Assembly: GCA_949290705.1 (NCBI GenBank)
Contig: CASESI010000022.1
Location: 269,024 to 333,023, forward strand
Direction of reading: 5' to 3'
Origin: an uncultured Holosporaceae bacterium
Lineage (GTDB): Bacteria; Pseudomonadota; Alphaproteobacteria; UBA3830; CASESI01
DNA: 64,000 nucleotides
Below the pieces are notes generated by a model. The model saw only the letters and a list, made by a program, of their open reading frames with translations, was not told the DNA's origin and did no database searches. Shown here in pieces: positions 10,017 through 21,326 of this stretch (positions are counted from its first letter, which is position 1; every line of letters starts with the position of its first letter). The position numbers and the translations under genes were made by a program.

Positions 10017-12584
10017 ATGTCCAATTATAATTTTAAAATAACAGAAAAAAAATGGCAGAAATACTGGGAAGATAAACAACTATTCAAAACTAATATTTCA
10101 ATTCACAGTAAAAAATATTATGTACTTGAGATGTTCATGTACCCATCTGGGAAAATACACATGGGGCACGTGCGTAATTATACAATAGGGGATGTAGTTG
10201 CTAGGTATAAAAGATTACAAGGGTTTAATGTTTTGCATCCCATGGGTTTTGATGCTTTTGGGCTTCCTGCTGAAAATGCGGCATTTGAACATAAAATTCA
10301 CCCAAAAGACTGGACGTATAAAAACATGGAAACTATGAAAACTCAATTGAAGGCTTTTGGTTTTTCTTATGATTGGAGCACAGAGATCGCAACATGTTCT
10401 CCAGATTATTACAAACATCAGCAAAGATTGTTTATAGAAATGTACAATAAAGGACTTGTTTACAAAAAAGATTCAGTTGTCAATTGGGATCCGGTTGATA
10501 ATTGCGTTCTTTCAAACGAACAAGTGATTGATGGCAAAGGTTGGAGATCAGGAGCAGTTGTAGAAAAGAAACATTTGAAACAATGGTTTTTTAAAATTAC
10601 ACAATATCAAGAAGAGTTATTACAAGATCTTGACCTATTAAATGGGTGGCCAGAAAAAGTAAAGACTATGCAAAGTAATTGGATAGGAAAGTCTTATGGG
10701 GCGGTAATTAAATTTAAGTGTATAGGGAAAGGTGATGTTATAGAAGTATTTTCTACACGTCCTGAAACAATTTTTGGTGCAGTGTGTATAGCAATTTCTA
10801 CTGATCATGCGGTTGCATTGGCTTTATCTCTTGAGAATGATGCTATAAATAAATTTATAAAAAAATATAGCACAGGAGGTACTTCGAATGCTGTTCTCGA
10901 AACGCAAGAAAGGGATGGAATTTTTACAGGTCTATATGTTGAACACCCATTTATAAAAGGGAAACAACTTCCAGTATATATAGCAAATTTTGTTCTTGGT
11001 AATTATGGCAAAGGGGCGATCTTTTGCACACCTGCGCACGATAAAAGAGATTATGAGTTTGCTGAAACTATGAATCTTCCTGTGATAGATGTGATATCTG
11101 TTCCGAAGGATTCAAATCCACAAAATATGCCTTTGTATGAATTGGATTCAGATTTAGGAACAATGATCAATTCCGACTTTTTGAATGGCCTCAACGTAAA
11201 AGATGCGAGAAAATTAGTTATAGAAAAATTTGAAGAGACAAATACAGGTAGTAGAAAAATTTTTTACAAGTTACGTGACTGGGGAATTTCAAGACAAAGA
11301 TATTGGGGATGCCCTATTCCAATTATTACATGTCCTAAGTGCGGAGATGTTCCAGTGAATGTCGAGGATTTACCTGTAGAATTACCTTATAATGTTTCTT
11401 TTGATGTTATAGGAAATCCATTATCGTTGGCTGAAGATTGGTATAAATGTAGATGTCCAAAATGTGGTGGAGAAGCAAAAAGAGACACTGATACAATGGA
11501 TACATTTGTAGATTCTTCTTGGTATTATGCGAGATTTGTCGATCCTAAAAATGTCACTGACCCATTTAATAAATCTTGTGCTGAAAAGTGGTTGCCTGTT
11601 AATCAATATGTAGGTGGAATTGAACATGCGGTGTTGCATTTGCTATATGCAAGGTTTTTCTTTAAGGTACTTAGAGATTTAGGTTATCATAAATGTGACG
11701 AGCCGTTTGTAAATCTTTTAACACAGGGAATGGTCTGTCATCCGATATATAAAAATGAAAAAGGTGATTATATTTTTCCTTGTGATGTGCAGATTGACGG
11801 TAATGGCGATTATTTGGATAAGGATGGGAATAAAGTTATAGTATTAAAGTCCCAAAAAATGAGTAAATCCAAAAAAAATGTTATAGACCCAGATAAAATA
11901 ATTAATGATTACGGAGTTGATACTGTGAGGGTATTTATTCTATCAGATGTTCCTCCTGAAAAAGATCTAGATTGGTCAGAAGAAAACCTTGATGGGTGCT
12001 ATAAATTTGTAAATAGGGTTTATAGGTTAGTAGAGGATTTTAGAAATTCTCATGATGTAAGTGGAGTTATAGATATAAAAAATCTTAATCCAAATGAAAA
12101 GAGATTATTGATAGCTTTGCATAAAGCTATGAAAAATATTAAGTATTCTTACGACAATTTATTGTTAAATAAGGTTGTTGCATTTATAAGGGAACTAGTA
12201 AATACAATTTATGAAGCTGTAAATTCGAATGTTGATGCAAATGTCATAAAATATACTTTGCGTAATTTGCTAATAATGATGTCGCCAATAATGCCACATT
12301 TGGCAGATGAATGTTCGGAGATGTTGGGATACAAAGCAGTAACTGAATGTAATGAACAATTTCCAGAATATGATAATAGTTTAATAGATGATAATGTGAT
12401 TCAATTGCCAGTACAGGTTAATGGTAAAATGCGAGCATTGGTTAATGTTAAAAAAGGTCTTTCTAATGATGAAATTATAGATGTTATTTTGCAAAGTGGA
12501 TTAATTGAAAAATACGTTAATGATAAAACGATGATAAAAAAAGCAATCATTATTCCTGGTAAGATAGTTAATTTGATTATATAA
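10017..12584 (+). CDS. leuS: Leucine--tRNA ligase
   Basis: YPSGKIHMGH, FDAFGLPAENAA, LRDWGISRQRYWG, KMSKS. Confidence 0.98.
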   Translation: MSNYNFKITEKKWQKYWEDKQLFKTNISIHSKKYYVLEMFMYPSGKIHMGHVRNYTIGDVVARYKRLQGFNVLHPMGFDAFGLPAENAAFEHKIHPKDWTYKNMETMKTQLKAFGFSYDWSTEIATCSPDYYKHQQRLFIEMYNKGLVYKKDSVVNWDPVDNCVLSNEQVIDGKGWRSGAVVEKKHLKQWFFKITQYQEELLQDLDLLNGWPEKVKTMQSNWIGKSYGAVIKFKCIGKGDVIEVFSTRPETIFGAVCIAISTDHAVALALSLENDAINKFIKKYSTGGTSNAVLETQERDGIFTGLYVEHPFIKGKQLPVYIANFVLGNYGKGAIFCTPAHDKRDYEFAETMNLPVIDVISVPKDSNPQNMPLYELDSDLGTMINSDFLNGLNVKDARKLVIEKFEETNTGSRKIFYKLRDWGISRQRYWGCPIPIITCPKCGDVPVNVEDLPVELPYNVSFDVIGNPLSLAEDWYKCRCPKCGGEAKRDTDTMDTFVDSSWYYARFVDPKNVTDPFNKSCAEKWLPVNQYVGGIEHAVLHLLYARFFFKVLRDLGYHKCDEPFVNLLTQGMVCHPIYKNEKGDYIFPCDVQIDGNGDYLDKDGNKVIVLKSQKMSKSKKNVIDPDKIINDYGVDTVRVFILSDVPPEKDLDWSEENLDGCYKFVNRVYRLVEDFRNSHDVSGVIDIKNLNPNEKRLLIALHKAMKNIKYSYDNLLLNKVVAFIRELVNTIYEAVNSNVDANVIKYTLRNLLIMMSPIMPHLADECSEMLGYKAVTECNEQFPEYDNSLIDDNVIQLPVQVNGKMRALVNVKKGLSNDEIIDVILQSGLIEKYVNDKTMIKKAIIIPGKIVNLII

Positions 12585-12601
12585 TCTAAAAAAGATTTCG
12601 T

Positions 12602-13087
12602 ATGACTAAGTATTTTGTTATATTTCAACTTTTGTTATTGTGTGGGTGTGAGTCTGTTGGACCTTTATATAAGATGTCTCGAGGTAATGAAAATATAATA
12701 TTAAAGATTGATTCTGAGGGGAGAATAGGGCAGTTTTTAGAAAATAGGTTGTCTATGTTGCTTGGTAATATAAAAACTTCAAAAAAAATAATTCTCAAAG
12801 TAGGTGTTAAAAATAAAAAATACAGTGAAGTAAAGTTTTTAGATGGAACAGTTGGGCGAATTATAGATGCGTATAGTGCTCACTTTAAAATAGTGATGGC
12901 TGGAGATTATAAGGTTTTAGCGGAGGATGTTATTTCTGTTTCAGCATCAAAAAATTATTCTTCGAGTAAAGTGCAGATCATGGAATCTACCCTTGCTGCG
13001 ATAGATTATAGTTTGATTGAAGAGTTGGCACATAGAATTTTTAATTATGTAAAGGTGAAAGTTGATAACAAGAATTTCATACATTAA
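12602..13087 (+). CDS. LptE-like lipoprotein (divergent)
   Basis: Lipobox-like LLLLCGC followed by PLY; position between leuS and holA matches conserved leuS-lptE-holA order. Confidence 0.6.
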   Translation: MTKYFVIFQLLLLCGCESVGPLYKMSRGNENIILKIDSEGRIGQFLENRLSMLLGNIKTSKKIILKVGVKNKKYSEVKFLDGTVGRIIDAYSAHFKIVMAGDYKVLAEDVISVSASKNYSSSKVQIMESTLAAIDYSLIEELAHRIFNYVKVKVDNKNFIH

Positions 13088-13826
13088 AAGTATACATGAT
13101 TTTAAACATGTAATTTTTGTATATGGGAATTTTGATTTTTTTAAAAATTCTTTTATTGGATTTATTTGTAGTGCCTTTACACAGTGGTACAAAATTAATA
13201 GGATAAAATCAATAGACGATATACAAATTGACAATACTCCAAGCTTATTTGGTAATGATAAGCATAATTTGTTTATAGTTAACGTTACTGATAAAGATAT
13301 TGATAAAATTTATAATAAAATTGACTTTGCAAATGTGAAAGATAGATTTATCTTCATAGATAATGATTTTAGAAAAACAAAAAAAATAGCTGCTGATTTT
13401 GCGAAGTCTTCCTATGTTCAATCAATAGGTTTTTTTGAAAATAATGCTAAGGATTATATATTTTTTTTGAATAGTTTTTTGAATATAAAGCGTTCGATGG
13501 ATTTAAACTCAATTTCGGAATATATTATTACGAGAAAGGAAGATCCGTTTAAATTTTTTGAAAAGTTAGCATTTTTAAATGAAAAAGATGTTGAATCTTG
13601 TTTAAATAATGGAATAGAAGGTGTATCAACGGATATGGAGCCAATTGGCTTTATTAGATTTTTATTGGCATCTTTAAAGTTTTCTACTGACTTAAAAATG
13701 TTACCAAAGGCACGAAATACGAAAATTAATAAAGAAGATGCTATTTATAAACTATTGAATTTAGAATCGTTCTATAAAAAGAATAATGTAAAGTCGAAAA
13801 TTTTTATTACAAAGGAATTCTTATGA
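13062..13826 (+). CDS. holA: DNA polymerase III delta subunit (short, divergent HolA-like)
   Basis: IFVYG near the N-terminus, TPSLFG motif, synteny after leuS-lptE. Confidence 0.55.
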   Translation: MITRISYIKSIHDFKHVIFVYGNFDFFKNSFIGFICSAFTQWYKINRIKSIDDIQIDNTPSLFGNDKHNLFIVNVTDKDIDKIYNKIDFANVKDRFIFIDNDFRKTKKIAADFAKSSYVQSIGFFENNAKDYIFFLNSFLNIKRSMDLNSISEYIITRKEDPFKFFEKLAFLNEKDVESCLNNGIEGVSTDMEPIGFIRFLLASLKFSTDLKMLPKARNTKINKEDAIYKLLNLESFYKKNNVKSKIFITKEFL

Positions 13827-14722
13827 TTACTCCTATACAAAATAAACATTTAATAGGACATGATAACATATTGATGTTTTTTGAAAAATTAATTAAGTGT
13901 GGGAAATTACATAATTCCTATATATTCGAAGGTGAATATGGAATAGGAAAAGAGACGGCAGCTTTATATATAACGAAGATGATAACTTGCAATGGAAATG
14001 ATGCTGTATTAGATGTTATTGCGAAGCGTATGCAGAATAATGTTTTAGAGAATTTTTATTACTTAAAAAAAGATGATGCAATTTTAATAGAAGACGCAAA
14101 ATCAGTAATAGAGTTCCTTTCTAAAAAAACTACGGCAAGAAAATGTATAGTTATAGATTCTGCTGAAAATATGACAGTTCAGGCTGCAAATGCTATGCTG
14201 AAAGCTATTGAAGATGCGAAAGATACGACATTTTTTTTAATAACATCTTTTCCCGAAAGAATTATAAACACGATAAAGTCTAGATCAGTCGTACAGCACT
14301 TCAAAGGATTAAATACAGAGAGTATCCAAAAAATTCTATCGGAATTAAATGTAGAAATTGATAATAATATTTTAGAAATTGTTCAGTTTTCTGTGGGGCT
14401 TATTTTAAAAATTGATGAATTGGAGAAAGAATATGGGTTCTTCAGCTTGTTAGTTAATAATATAGTTTCAAAACAAATTAAAATAGATACATCTTTTAAG
14501 GAAAATATCGATGTTGTAATGCAGATCATCTATCATATATTTGAAAAACTATTTTGTGGAAATTATTTTAGTTTTGCTAAATCGTTTATTGATGATGCTG
14601 AGAAGATAACCGCTTGCTACCAGAATGTTTGTGAGATGTATAAAAAATTTCAATTGTATAACTTTGATAAAGATGCTTTTTTAAATTATGTTTTTAATGA
14701 AATAAATATTATTTCGTGTTAG
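13823..14722 (+). CDS. holB: DNA polymerase III delta-prime subunit
   Basis: LIGH, HNSYIFEGEYGIGKET, IDSAENMTVQAANAMLKAIE, TIKSR. Confidence 0.85.
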   Translation: MITPIQNKHLIGHDNILMFFEKLIKCGKLHNSYIFEGEYGIGKETAALYITKMITCNGNDAVLDVIAKRMQNNVLENFYYLKKDDAILIEDAKSVIEFLSKKTTARKCIVIDSAENMTVQAANAMLKAIEDAKDTTFFLITSFPERIINTIKSRSVVQHFKGLNTESIQKILSELNVEIDNNILEIVQFSVGLILKIDELEKEYGFFSLLVNNIVSKQIKIDTSFKENIDVVMQIIYHIFEKLFCGNYFSFAKSFIDDAEKITACYQNVCEMYKKFQLYNFDKDAFLNYVFNEINIISC

Positions 14723-15725
14723 GTTTGAATTTTATTTTAGTTGTAGATTTTAATTCTTTGATAGATTTTACCCCTATGCTGAACATGCATATCTGTAGAC
14801 TTTTTAGTAAGGTTAAATAATACTCATCAAGGTTATCTAGGTTTAATAAAAATCCTCTTGCAATACCAGTGATGTCCGCTCCGAGGGAAATTGCTTTTGC
14901 GATTTCTATGCCATTTCTAATACCACCACTTGCTATTTTGAGGATATTGATATTTTGTATGTCGTAAAGTGCATCAGCTGTTCTTATTCCTATCTCATCA
15001 AAATCTTTAGCTACGTTTTGAATAATTTTATTTTCGCTTGATATACTCTCTATTTTTATCCAATCTGTTCCACCACGTCCGGCGACGTCTATGCAACTAA
15101 CACCAATATCAACAAGTTTTTGTGCAACATTTTTTGAGATACCAAACCCAACTTCTTTTACAATCACAGGTACGTTCACATTTTTACATAAGATTTCAAT
15201 CTTAGAAAGTAAGTTATCAAAGTTTGTATTTCCAGAATTTTGAAATACTTCTTGCAATGGGTTTATATGTAATGCAACAGCATCAGCTTCAATTAAATTG
15301 ACTGCTTTTTTACAATGCTCAACTGTATATCCATAATTAAGTTGTACGGCACCAAGGTTTGCGAATAGTAGAATATCAGGAGCAAGCTTTCTTATATTAA
15401 ATCCTTTATTTAATAATGCGTCATTTTCAAGTAAAATTCTTTCACTTCCAATTCCCATAGCAATGCTGTAATTTTGGGCAAATTGTGCAAGTGTATTATT
15501 AATTTGTATAGACTCATTGATTCCACCAGTAATTGCAGAAATCATTAACGGCATAGAAAGAGTTTTTCCAAGAAATGAAGTTGACGTATCTATATCATCA
15601 AAATTAATTTCAGGAAACGCATTGTATTCAAAACGATAATCTTCAAAACCATTGGATAATTTAGATAAAATATTATCTCGCTTTGCTATTGTAATATGGT
15701 TTAGCTTTCTGGTATTCATATGCAA
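14709..15725 (-). CDS. fni: Type 2 (FMN-dependent) isopentenyl-diphosphate isomerase
   Basis: RKLNHI, ISAITGG, NLGAVQLNYG, HINPLQE, VKEVGFG, DVAGRGGTDW, ASGGIRNG. Confidence 0.95.
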   Translation of the reverse strand: MHMNTRKLNHITIAKRDNILSKLSNGFEDYRFEYNAFPEINFDDIDTSTSFLGKTLSMPLMISAITGGINESIQINNTLAQFAQNYSIAMGIGSERILLENDALLNKGFNIRKLAPDILLFANLGAVQLNYGYTVEHCKKAVNLIEADAVALHINPLQEVFQNSGNTNFDNLLSKIEILCKNVNVPVIVKEVGFGISKNVAQKLVDIGVSCIDVAGRGGTDWIKIESISSENKIIQNVAKDFDEIGIRTADALYDIQNINILKIASGGIRNGIEIAKAISLGADITGIARGFLLNLDNLDEYYLTLLKSLQICMFSIGVKSIKELKSTTKIKFKPNTK

Positions 15726-16381
15726 TTACAATTGGAATATGATTTTTCTAAAATTGGTTTCACATAACTTACAACTTTACGAAATGATTCTCCAACAGTT
15801 AAGTCAGTTGTGTTCAACGTGAAATACATATCATTATTAGCTAAATTAGGAATAGTACGTGTTTGATCGCGTGTATCATGTTCTTTTAACATATCAATGA
15901 CTTGTTCAATAGAGTAGCCCTTTTGTAAGTCTAAAATTTTTCTCATTGCCCTTTCTTCAAGAGAGGCTTCCAAAAAAATTTTACAATCTGCATCTGGACA
16001 TACCACTGTACCTATATCACGTCCGTCAAGGATAGCCCCATTAAATTCATTTGGTGGGGAATAAGCAATTTTTCTTTGAATTTCCAATAAATATTCACGT
16101 ACAAGTTGATCCTGTGAAATAATAGATGCTGAGTCTGTAATACTTTCGTCCTTTAAGTTAAGGTCATTGATAATGGTCATAATATCAAAATTGGAAGTAA
16201 TTATATCCGCACTTGATGAAAATTTTTCTATTTTTAGAAGATACGCAAAAGCTCTATACAAAAGACCTGTATCTAAGTAATAGAAATTAAAATATGCAGA
16301 CAATTTTCGTGCGAGAGTTCCCTTACCACTTGCTGTGAGGCCATCAATTGCAATAATGGGCTTTATTTTTTTCATTATCAT
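15716..16381 (-). CDS. cmk: Cytidylate kinase
   Basis: IAIDGLTASGKGT, YLDTGLLYRA, LDGRDIGTVVCPDA. Confidence 0.95.
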   Translation of the reverse strand: MIMKKIKPIIAIDGLTASGKGTLARKLSAYFNFYYLDTGLLYRAFAYLLKIEKFSSSADIITSNFDIMTIINDLNLKDESITDSASIISQDQLVREYLLEIQRKIAYSPPNEFNGAILDGRDIGTVVCPDADCKIFLEASLEERAMRKILDLQKGYSIEQVIDMLKEHDTRDQTRTIPNLANNDMYFTLNTTDLTVGESFRKVVSYVKPILEKSYSNCNCI

Positions 16382-16508
16382 GTTCCCTAATATAAATCAA
16401 AATATTTAAAAATAAACTAATATATATTACTACAATAATTTAAAAACAATTATTAATTTAAATAAAAATAATTTTTTTCTTATTCTTTATCTATATATTT
16501 TGGGAAAA

Positions 16509-16739
16509 TCATATATGGTAAAATATCATTTTGTGGATGACAGTTAGCTTCTTCCAATGTATTGTATTCATTTTTTTTTGGGGGGGTAAATAATTTTTGT
16601 CTGCACTATTTTCTTGTTGCTCATTCAACTGAGTTGAATATGGCTGAATATTAAGATGTGTGTATTTATTATTATATAAACCATCTTCTGATGTATATGC
16701 ATTAAACGCAAAAACACACAATATACCAAAATATTTCAT
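16509..16739 (-). CDS. Small secreted hypothetical protein, possibly frameshifted at a C7A9 tract
   Basis: GAGG RBS; signal peptide MKYFGILCVFAFNAYT; homopolymers at 16571-16586. Confidence 0.55.
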   Translation of the reverse strand: MKYFGILCVFAFNAYTSEDGLYNNKYTHLNIQPYSTQLNEQQENSADKNYLPPQKKMNTIHWKKLTVIHKMIFYHI

Positions 16740-16776
16740 TTGTACCTCTAACTTTTTTAATTATGGAAATTTAATA

Positions 16777-16791
16777 TTAATAATAAGTTAA
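16777..16791. promoter_or_regulatory. Candidate CtrA box upstream of small secreted ORF
   Basis: TTAA-TAATAAG-TTAA. Confidence 0.3.
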
Positions 16792-16794
16792 ATA

Positions 16795-18066
16795 TTATTT
16801 TATTCTTTTTATTTTTGCATTGCATTTCGATAATTTTAATTCAACGTTCTCGTACCCGCGATCAATATGATAGACTCTGTTTATGGTTGTAATTCCATTC
16901 GCAGAAAGTCCAGCCATTACTAGTGAGAAAGAAGCTCTCAGATCAGTAGCGATTACAGGTGCATTTTTAAAGTTTTTTATAGGTTTTATATGTGCTGTAT
17001 TCCCTATCAGTGTTATGTCTGCTCCCATGCGAAGTAACTCTGGGACGTGCATAAATCTATTTTCCCAAATAGTTTCCTTTATATATGATTCAGAGCCGGC
17101 TTTACACATTGCGACCATTAGTTGTGCCTGTAAGTCAGTAGGAAATCCTGGAAATGGTTCCGTTTCAATTTGTATGCCGTGTAACAAATTGCTAGAGCGT
17201 TTTACATGTATGGTATTCGTATCAATAAAATCAATCTGCATTCCAATGCTGTGGTATAGTCCAATTGTATCTTCTGTTAATTTAGCTATGTTTTTCCCAG
17301 TCAAAATTAATTCACTTTCGTCAACTGTTCCAGCAGTAAGGATATATGTTCCTAATTCGATTCGATCAGAGATAATTTCGTGATTTGTTCCGTGTAATGA
17401 AGTTTTGCCTTTAATGATAATTTCTCGTGAGTTCGAATACGATATCTCGGATCCCATAGAGTTGAGCATTTCTATCAGATCAACAATCTCAGGTTCTATT
17501 GCTGCATTGATGATTTTTGTTTGTCCTTCTGCAAGTGTAGCTGCCATGATTATATTTTCTGTTCCTGTGACGGATACTTTTGGAAAAACAATTTCCGATC
17601 CAATTAAATTATGAGAGCAAGATGCATTGATGTAACCTTCATCTATGTTGATATTAGCCCCCAAGTTTCTCAATCCAGTGATATGAAAATCCACAGGCCT
17701 GACACCGATCGCGCACCCTCCTGGTAATGATACTCTCGCCTTTTTGAATCTAGCAAGCAATGGGCCAAGTACAAGTACGGATGCACGCATCTTTCTGACT
17801 AAATCATATGGCGCTTCAAAATTTTGAATGGATTTTGAGCAAATTGTCAGTGTATGATTTGATGGATCAAAATCAACTTCTGCGCCTAGTAATTGCAATA
17901 ATTTAAGCAAAGTATGAACATCAGAAAGGTTTGGAACATTGTTCAGAGTGACTGGTTCGTCAGTTAAAATTGTTGCTGCAATAAGGGGAAGAGTAGCATT
18001 TTTTGCTCCACTTATTGTTATATTTCCATTAAGAGGTATTCCTCCAGATATTTCTATTTTATCCAT
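16795..18066 (-). CDS. murA: UDP-N-acetylglucosamine 1-carboxyvinyltransferase
   Basis: SGAKNA, KMRASVLVLGPLL, LPGGCAIGVRPVD, PGFPTDLQAQ, TDLRA, HIDRGY. Confidence 0.97.
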   Translation of the reverse strand: MDKIEISGGIPLNGNITISGAKNATLPLIAATILTDEPVTLNNVPNLSDVHTLLKLLQLLGAEVDFDPSNHTLTICSKSIQNFEAPYDLVRKMRASVLVLGPLLARFKKARVSLPGGCAIGVRPVDFHITGLRNLGANINIDEGYINASCSHNLIGSEIVFPKVSVTGTENIIMAATLAEGQTKIINAAIEPEIVDLIEMLNSMGSEISYSNSREIIIKGKTSLHGTNHEIISDRIELGTYILTAGTVDESELILTGKNIAKLTEDTIGLYHSIGMQIDFIDTNTIHVKRSSNLLHGIQIETEPFPGFPTDLQAQLMVAMCKAGSESYIKETIWENRFMHVPELLRMGADITLIGNTAHIKPIKNFKNAPVIATDLRASFSLVMAGLSANGITTINRVYHIDRGYENVELKLSKCNAKIKRIK

Positions 18067-19609
18067 TATTGACCTTCTTATTATCTATTTTATTAAATAT
18101 AGGTGTAGGTTTTTCCAGTGGTAATCCTTCGTAAATTGTATTTAAGACATTTTCATTGATCTCACTAATTCCGACGAATGATAAAGCTTTTTTTGCTGAT
18201 TCCGGAATGAATGGATATAAGAAAATTGATATGTCAATTATTACTTTTATTAACTCAGAGATGACATCATTAAATTTTTGAAGATCTGTTTTTATCAATT
18301 TCCAAGGTTCAGTCGTGTTTACATATTTATTTGCAATTGAAATTATATCAAACACGGCTTTCAGGTATTCTGTTAATAATCCATCATTGATATATTTTTT
18401 TAAAGTTTCCTTTAATTTTATTGTTTTTGATGAAATTTCACTATCAATATTTTTTGACAAATCAAATGATCTTGATAATTTAAATATTCCATTGATTGCG
18501 ACTTTATTAGCTAATGTAAGAACTCTATGTACTAAATTTCCATAATCATTACATAAATCATAATTAATTTTATCTACAAAACCATTCTCTGAAAAGTTGC
18601 AATCATACCCAAAGTTTGATTCTTTAAATAAGAAATACCTAAATTCATCACATCCATATTTATTTACGATTTGTATAGGATCCACTGTATTACCGAGAGA
18701 TTTTGACATCTTTTGCCCATCAACGGTCCACCATCCGTGTACAAATAATCGTTTTGGAGGATTAATATCAGCTGCTATCAAGAAAGCTGGCCAATAGACA
18801 GCGTGAAATTTTAGTATATCTTTTCCTAATAAATGTATAGATTCATCCCAATATTCTTTCGCATGTTCAGAGTATTCGATTTTTGATGGATCAGATCCCA
18901 AATAATTAATTGCTGATATATAATTACACAAAGCATCAAGCCAGACATATATAACATGTTTTGGGTCTTTTGTGACAGGAATGCCCCACGTAAATGATGT
19001 TCTTGATATAGATAAATCTTTAAGTCCAGATTTTACAAAGCTCACAACTTCTTTCATATAAGATGATGGTTTAATAAAATCAGGATGAGATTTGTAAAAA
19101 TTTAATAATTTATCTTGAAACGCAGACAACTTAAAAAAATAACTCTCTTCCTTTAAAAATTCTAGTGAATTTCCATTTTGATCCTTCCCGTCATTTACCT
19201 CATTATCTGGGATAAAAGCTTCATCTTTTTGGCTATACCATCCTTTATAAAATGATTTATATATGTATCCTTTCTCTTCCAGTAATTGCCACATTTTTAA
19301 TACAGTTTGCTTGTGATTTTCGTCTGTTGTTCGAATAAAGTAATTGTAGGACAAGTTCAATGTGTCTTTTAAATTTCTAAATTGGGAAGATATTTCATTG
19401 CAAAAATCTTGTGTATTGATATTTAATTTTTCAGCGCTTTTTTGCACTTTTTGTCCGTGTTCATCTGTTCCTGTTAAGAACATTACATTTTCAGTTCGTT
19501 CAAAAATTCTATAAAATCTTGCAATGACGTCTGCAGCTATGCTCGTATATGCATGGCCGATGTGAGGTTTATCATTTACATAGTAAATAGGAGTAGTTAT
19601 ATATTTCAT
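18059..19609 (-). CDS. metG: Methionine--tRNA ligase
   Basis: YITTPIYYVN..PHIGHAY, TGTDEHGQK, YVWLDAL, KMSKSLGN. Confidence 0.97.
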   Translation of the reverse strand: MKYITTPIYYVNDKPHIGHAYTSIAADVIARFYRIFERTENVMFLTGTDEHGQKVQKSAEKLNINTQDFCNEISSQFRNLKDTLNLSYNYFIRTTDENHKQTVLKMWQLLEEKGYIYKSFYKGWYSQKDEAFIPDNEVNDGKDQNGNSLEFLKEESYFFKLSAFQDKLLNFYKSHPDFIKPSSYMKEVVSFVKSGLKDLSISRTSFTWGIPVTKDPKHVIYVWLDALCNYISAINYLGSDPSKIEYSEHAKEYWDESIHLLGKDILKFHAVYWPAFLIAADINPPKRLFVHGWWTVDGQKMSKSLGNTVDPIQIVNKYGCDEFRYFLFKESNFGYDCNFSENGFVDKINYDLCNDYGNLVHRVLTLANKVAINGIFKLSRSFDLSKNIDSEISSKTIKLKETLKKYINDGLLTEYLKAVFDIISIANKYVNTTEPWKLIKTDLQKFNDVISELIKVIIDISIFLYPFIPESAKKALSFVGISEINENVLNTIYEGLPLEKPTPIFNKIDNKKVNNG

Positions 19610-19696
19610 TAGTGATTAAAAAAACTAAGACAATTCTAACAGAGAATTGTACAAATTTCAAAATCACATTCAAATGGGATTAAAAAAATAGAAAAA

Positions 19697-21295
19697 TTAT
19701 TTTCTACGTAAAAATGCCGGAATATCTAAATCTTCTTCATCACGCTTTTGTTGATCTTTTTTTTGAGCATAACCACGGACATCAGAATCAATACCTGACT
19801 TATCATTGTTTCCAGAAGAATTCGTGGACTGTTTTTTGTTCCCAGAGATCAGGCTCGACAATCTTCCAAAAAATGTTTTCTTCTTTTCGATTACAGGTGG
19901 AAAAACTTGCCTTGAATCTTCAGAAAATTGCTCATCTGATTTCGTATCATTTTCCACTAAATGCAACCCATCCCTGACAGATTGAGTATTTCCTTGTTGC
20001 AAATCACTAGATCCATTCGAAAATCCATTTAATTGATCCTCATTGGCGTAAGTGTCATGATAGTTGCTAGAAAATTCCCTCGATGCCATAGAAACATCCG
20101 ATCCGACAACTTGTGAATTATTAACAATATCTTGGTCATCATCTTGTCCTAAAAGTTGACGAATTTGCGCCGTCCTAGAAGAAGATTTGTCGTTAGCAGA
20201 GTCAATACCTGTCGCAACAACGGACACACGCATATGACCTTCCAAATTAGCATCGAATGTGGATCCAAAAATAATATTTGCATCAGGGTCAACCTCGTCT
20301 CTGATCCTGTTGGCAGCTTCATCAACCTCATACAACGTCATGTCATATCCGCCAGTGATATTAATAAGTACACCTTTTGCTCCTTTCATCGAAACATCAT
20401 CGAGCAATGGATTTGAGATAGCGGCTTCGGCGGCCATAATAGCTTTATTCTCACCTTCAGCATCTCCAGTTCCCATCATAGCTTTTCCCATTTCGCTCAT
20501 AACGGAACGTATATCCGCAAAATCAAGGTTTATAAGACCTGGCATGACCATCAAATCAGTTACTCCCCTAACACCAGCGCTTAAGACGTTATCGGCCATT
20601 TTGAATGCATCGGCAAATGTTGTTTTTTCATTGGCAATCCTGAACAAATTCTGATTAGGGATGATCAGCAGTGTATCGACAAACTTTTGTAATTCGGTGA
20701 TTCCCTTTTCGGCTAGTCTCATACGGTGCGTTCCTTCAAAATGGAAAGGTTTTGTGACAACGCCAATTGTTAATATACCTTGCTCTTTTGCGAGTTTCGC
20801 AATAACAGGGGCTGCTCCTGTTCCTGTACCTCCACCCATACCGGCAGTGATGAAAACCATATTACTACCGTACAAATACTCTTGAATTTCTTCCTTTGCT
20901 TCCTCTGCGGCAGCTCTTCCAACATCAGGTCTTGAGCCAGCGCCAAGTCCACGAGTAATCGTAATGCCTAATTGTATCCTTTTGTCAGCAATTGATTGTG
21001 CAATAGCTTGAGCATCTGTATTTGCAATAACAAAATCACAACCCTCAACATTTGTGGCAATCATGTTATTAACAGCATTCCCACCGGCACCACCAACACC
21101 AAAAACAGTAATTTTGGGTCTTAATTCATAGTCACTTTTGTTTTTTAAGGCATCAATTTTTCCACTCATTGGCCTAAAATCATTTTTTTTCGAAAAAGGA
21201 TCTGAACTCATCGAGGTAGTTTTGGTAGACTGAAACATATTATCAAGATTGTTCACTCCACCAATATTTTGCATTTTATCATCAATTGTTGTCAT
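19697..21295 (-). CDS. ftsZ: Cell division protein FtsZ
   Basis: [28 protein letters not shown]-terminal LDIPAFLRR; alternative start at 21169. Confidence 0.97.
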   Translation of the reverse strand: MTTIDDKMQNIGGVNNLDNMFQSTKTTSMSSDPFSKKNDFRPMSGKIDALKNKSDYELRPKITVFGVGGAGGNAVNNMIATNVEGCDFVIANTDAQAIAQSIADKRIQLGITITRGLGAGSRPDVGRAAAEEAKEEIQEYLYGSNMVFITAGMGGGTGTGAAPVIAKLAKEQGILTIGVVTKPFHFEGTHRMRLAEKGITELQKFVDTLLIIPNQNLFRIANEKTTFADAFKMADNVLSAGVRGVTDLMVMPGLINLDFADIRSVMSEMGKAMMGTGDAEGENKAIMAAEAAISNPLLDDVSMKGAKGVLINITGGYDMTLYEVDEAANRIRDEVDPDANIIFGSTFDANLEGHMRVSVVATGIDSANDKSSSRTAQIRQLLGQDDDQDIVNNSQVVGSDVSMASREFSSNYHDTYANEDQLNGFSNGSSDLQQGNTQSVRDGLHLVENDTKSDEQFSEDSRQVFPPVIEKKKTFFGRLSSLISGNKKQSTNSSGNNDKSGIDSDVRGYAQKKDQQKRDEEDLDIPAFLRRK

Positions 21296-21326
21296 AGTAA
21301 ATAGCTAGCCGATTACAACTCTCGCT

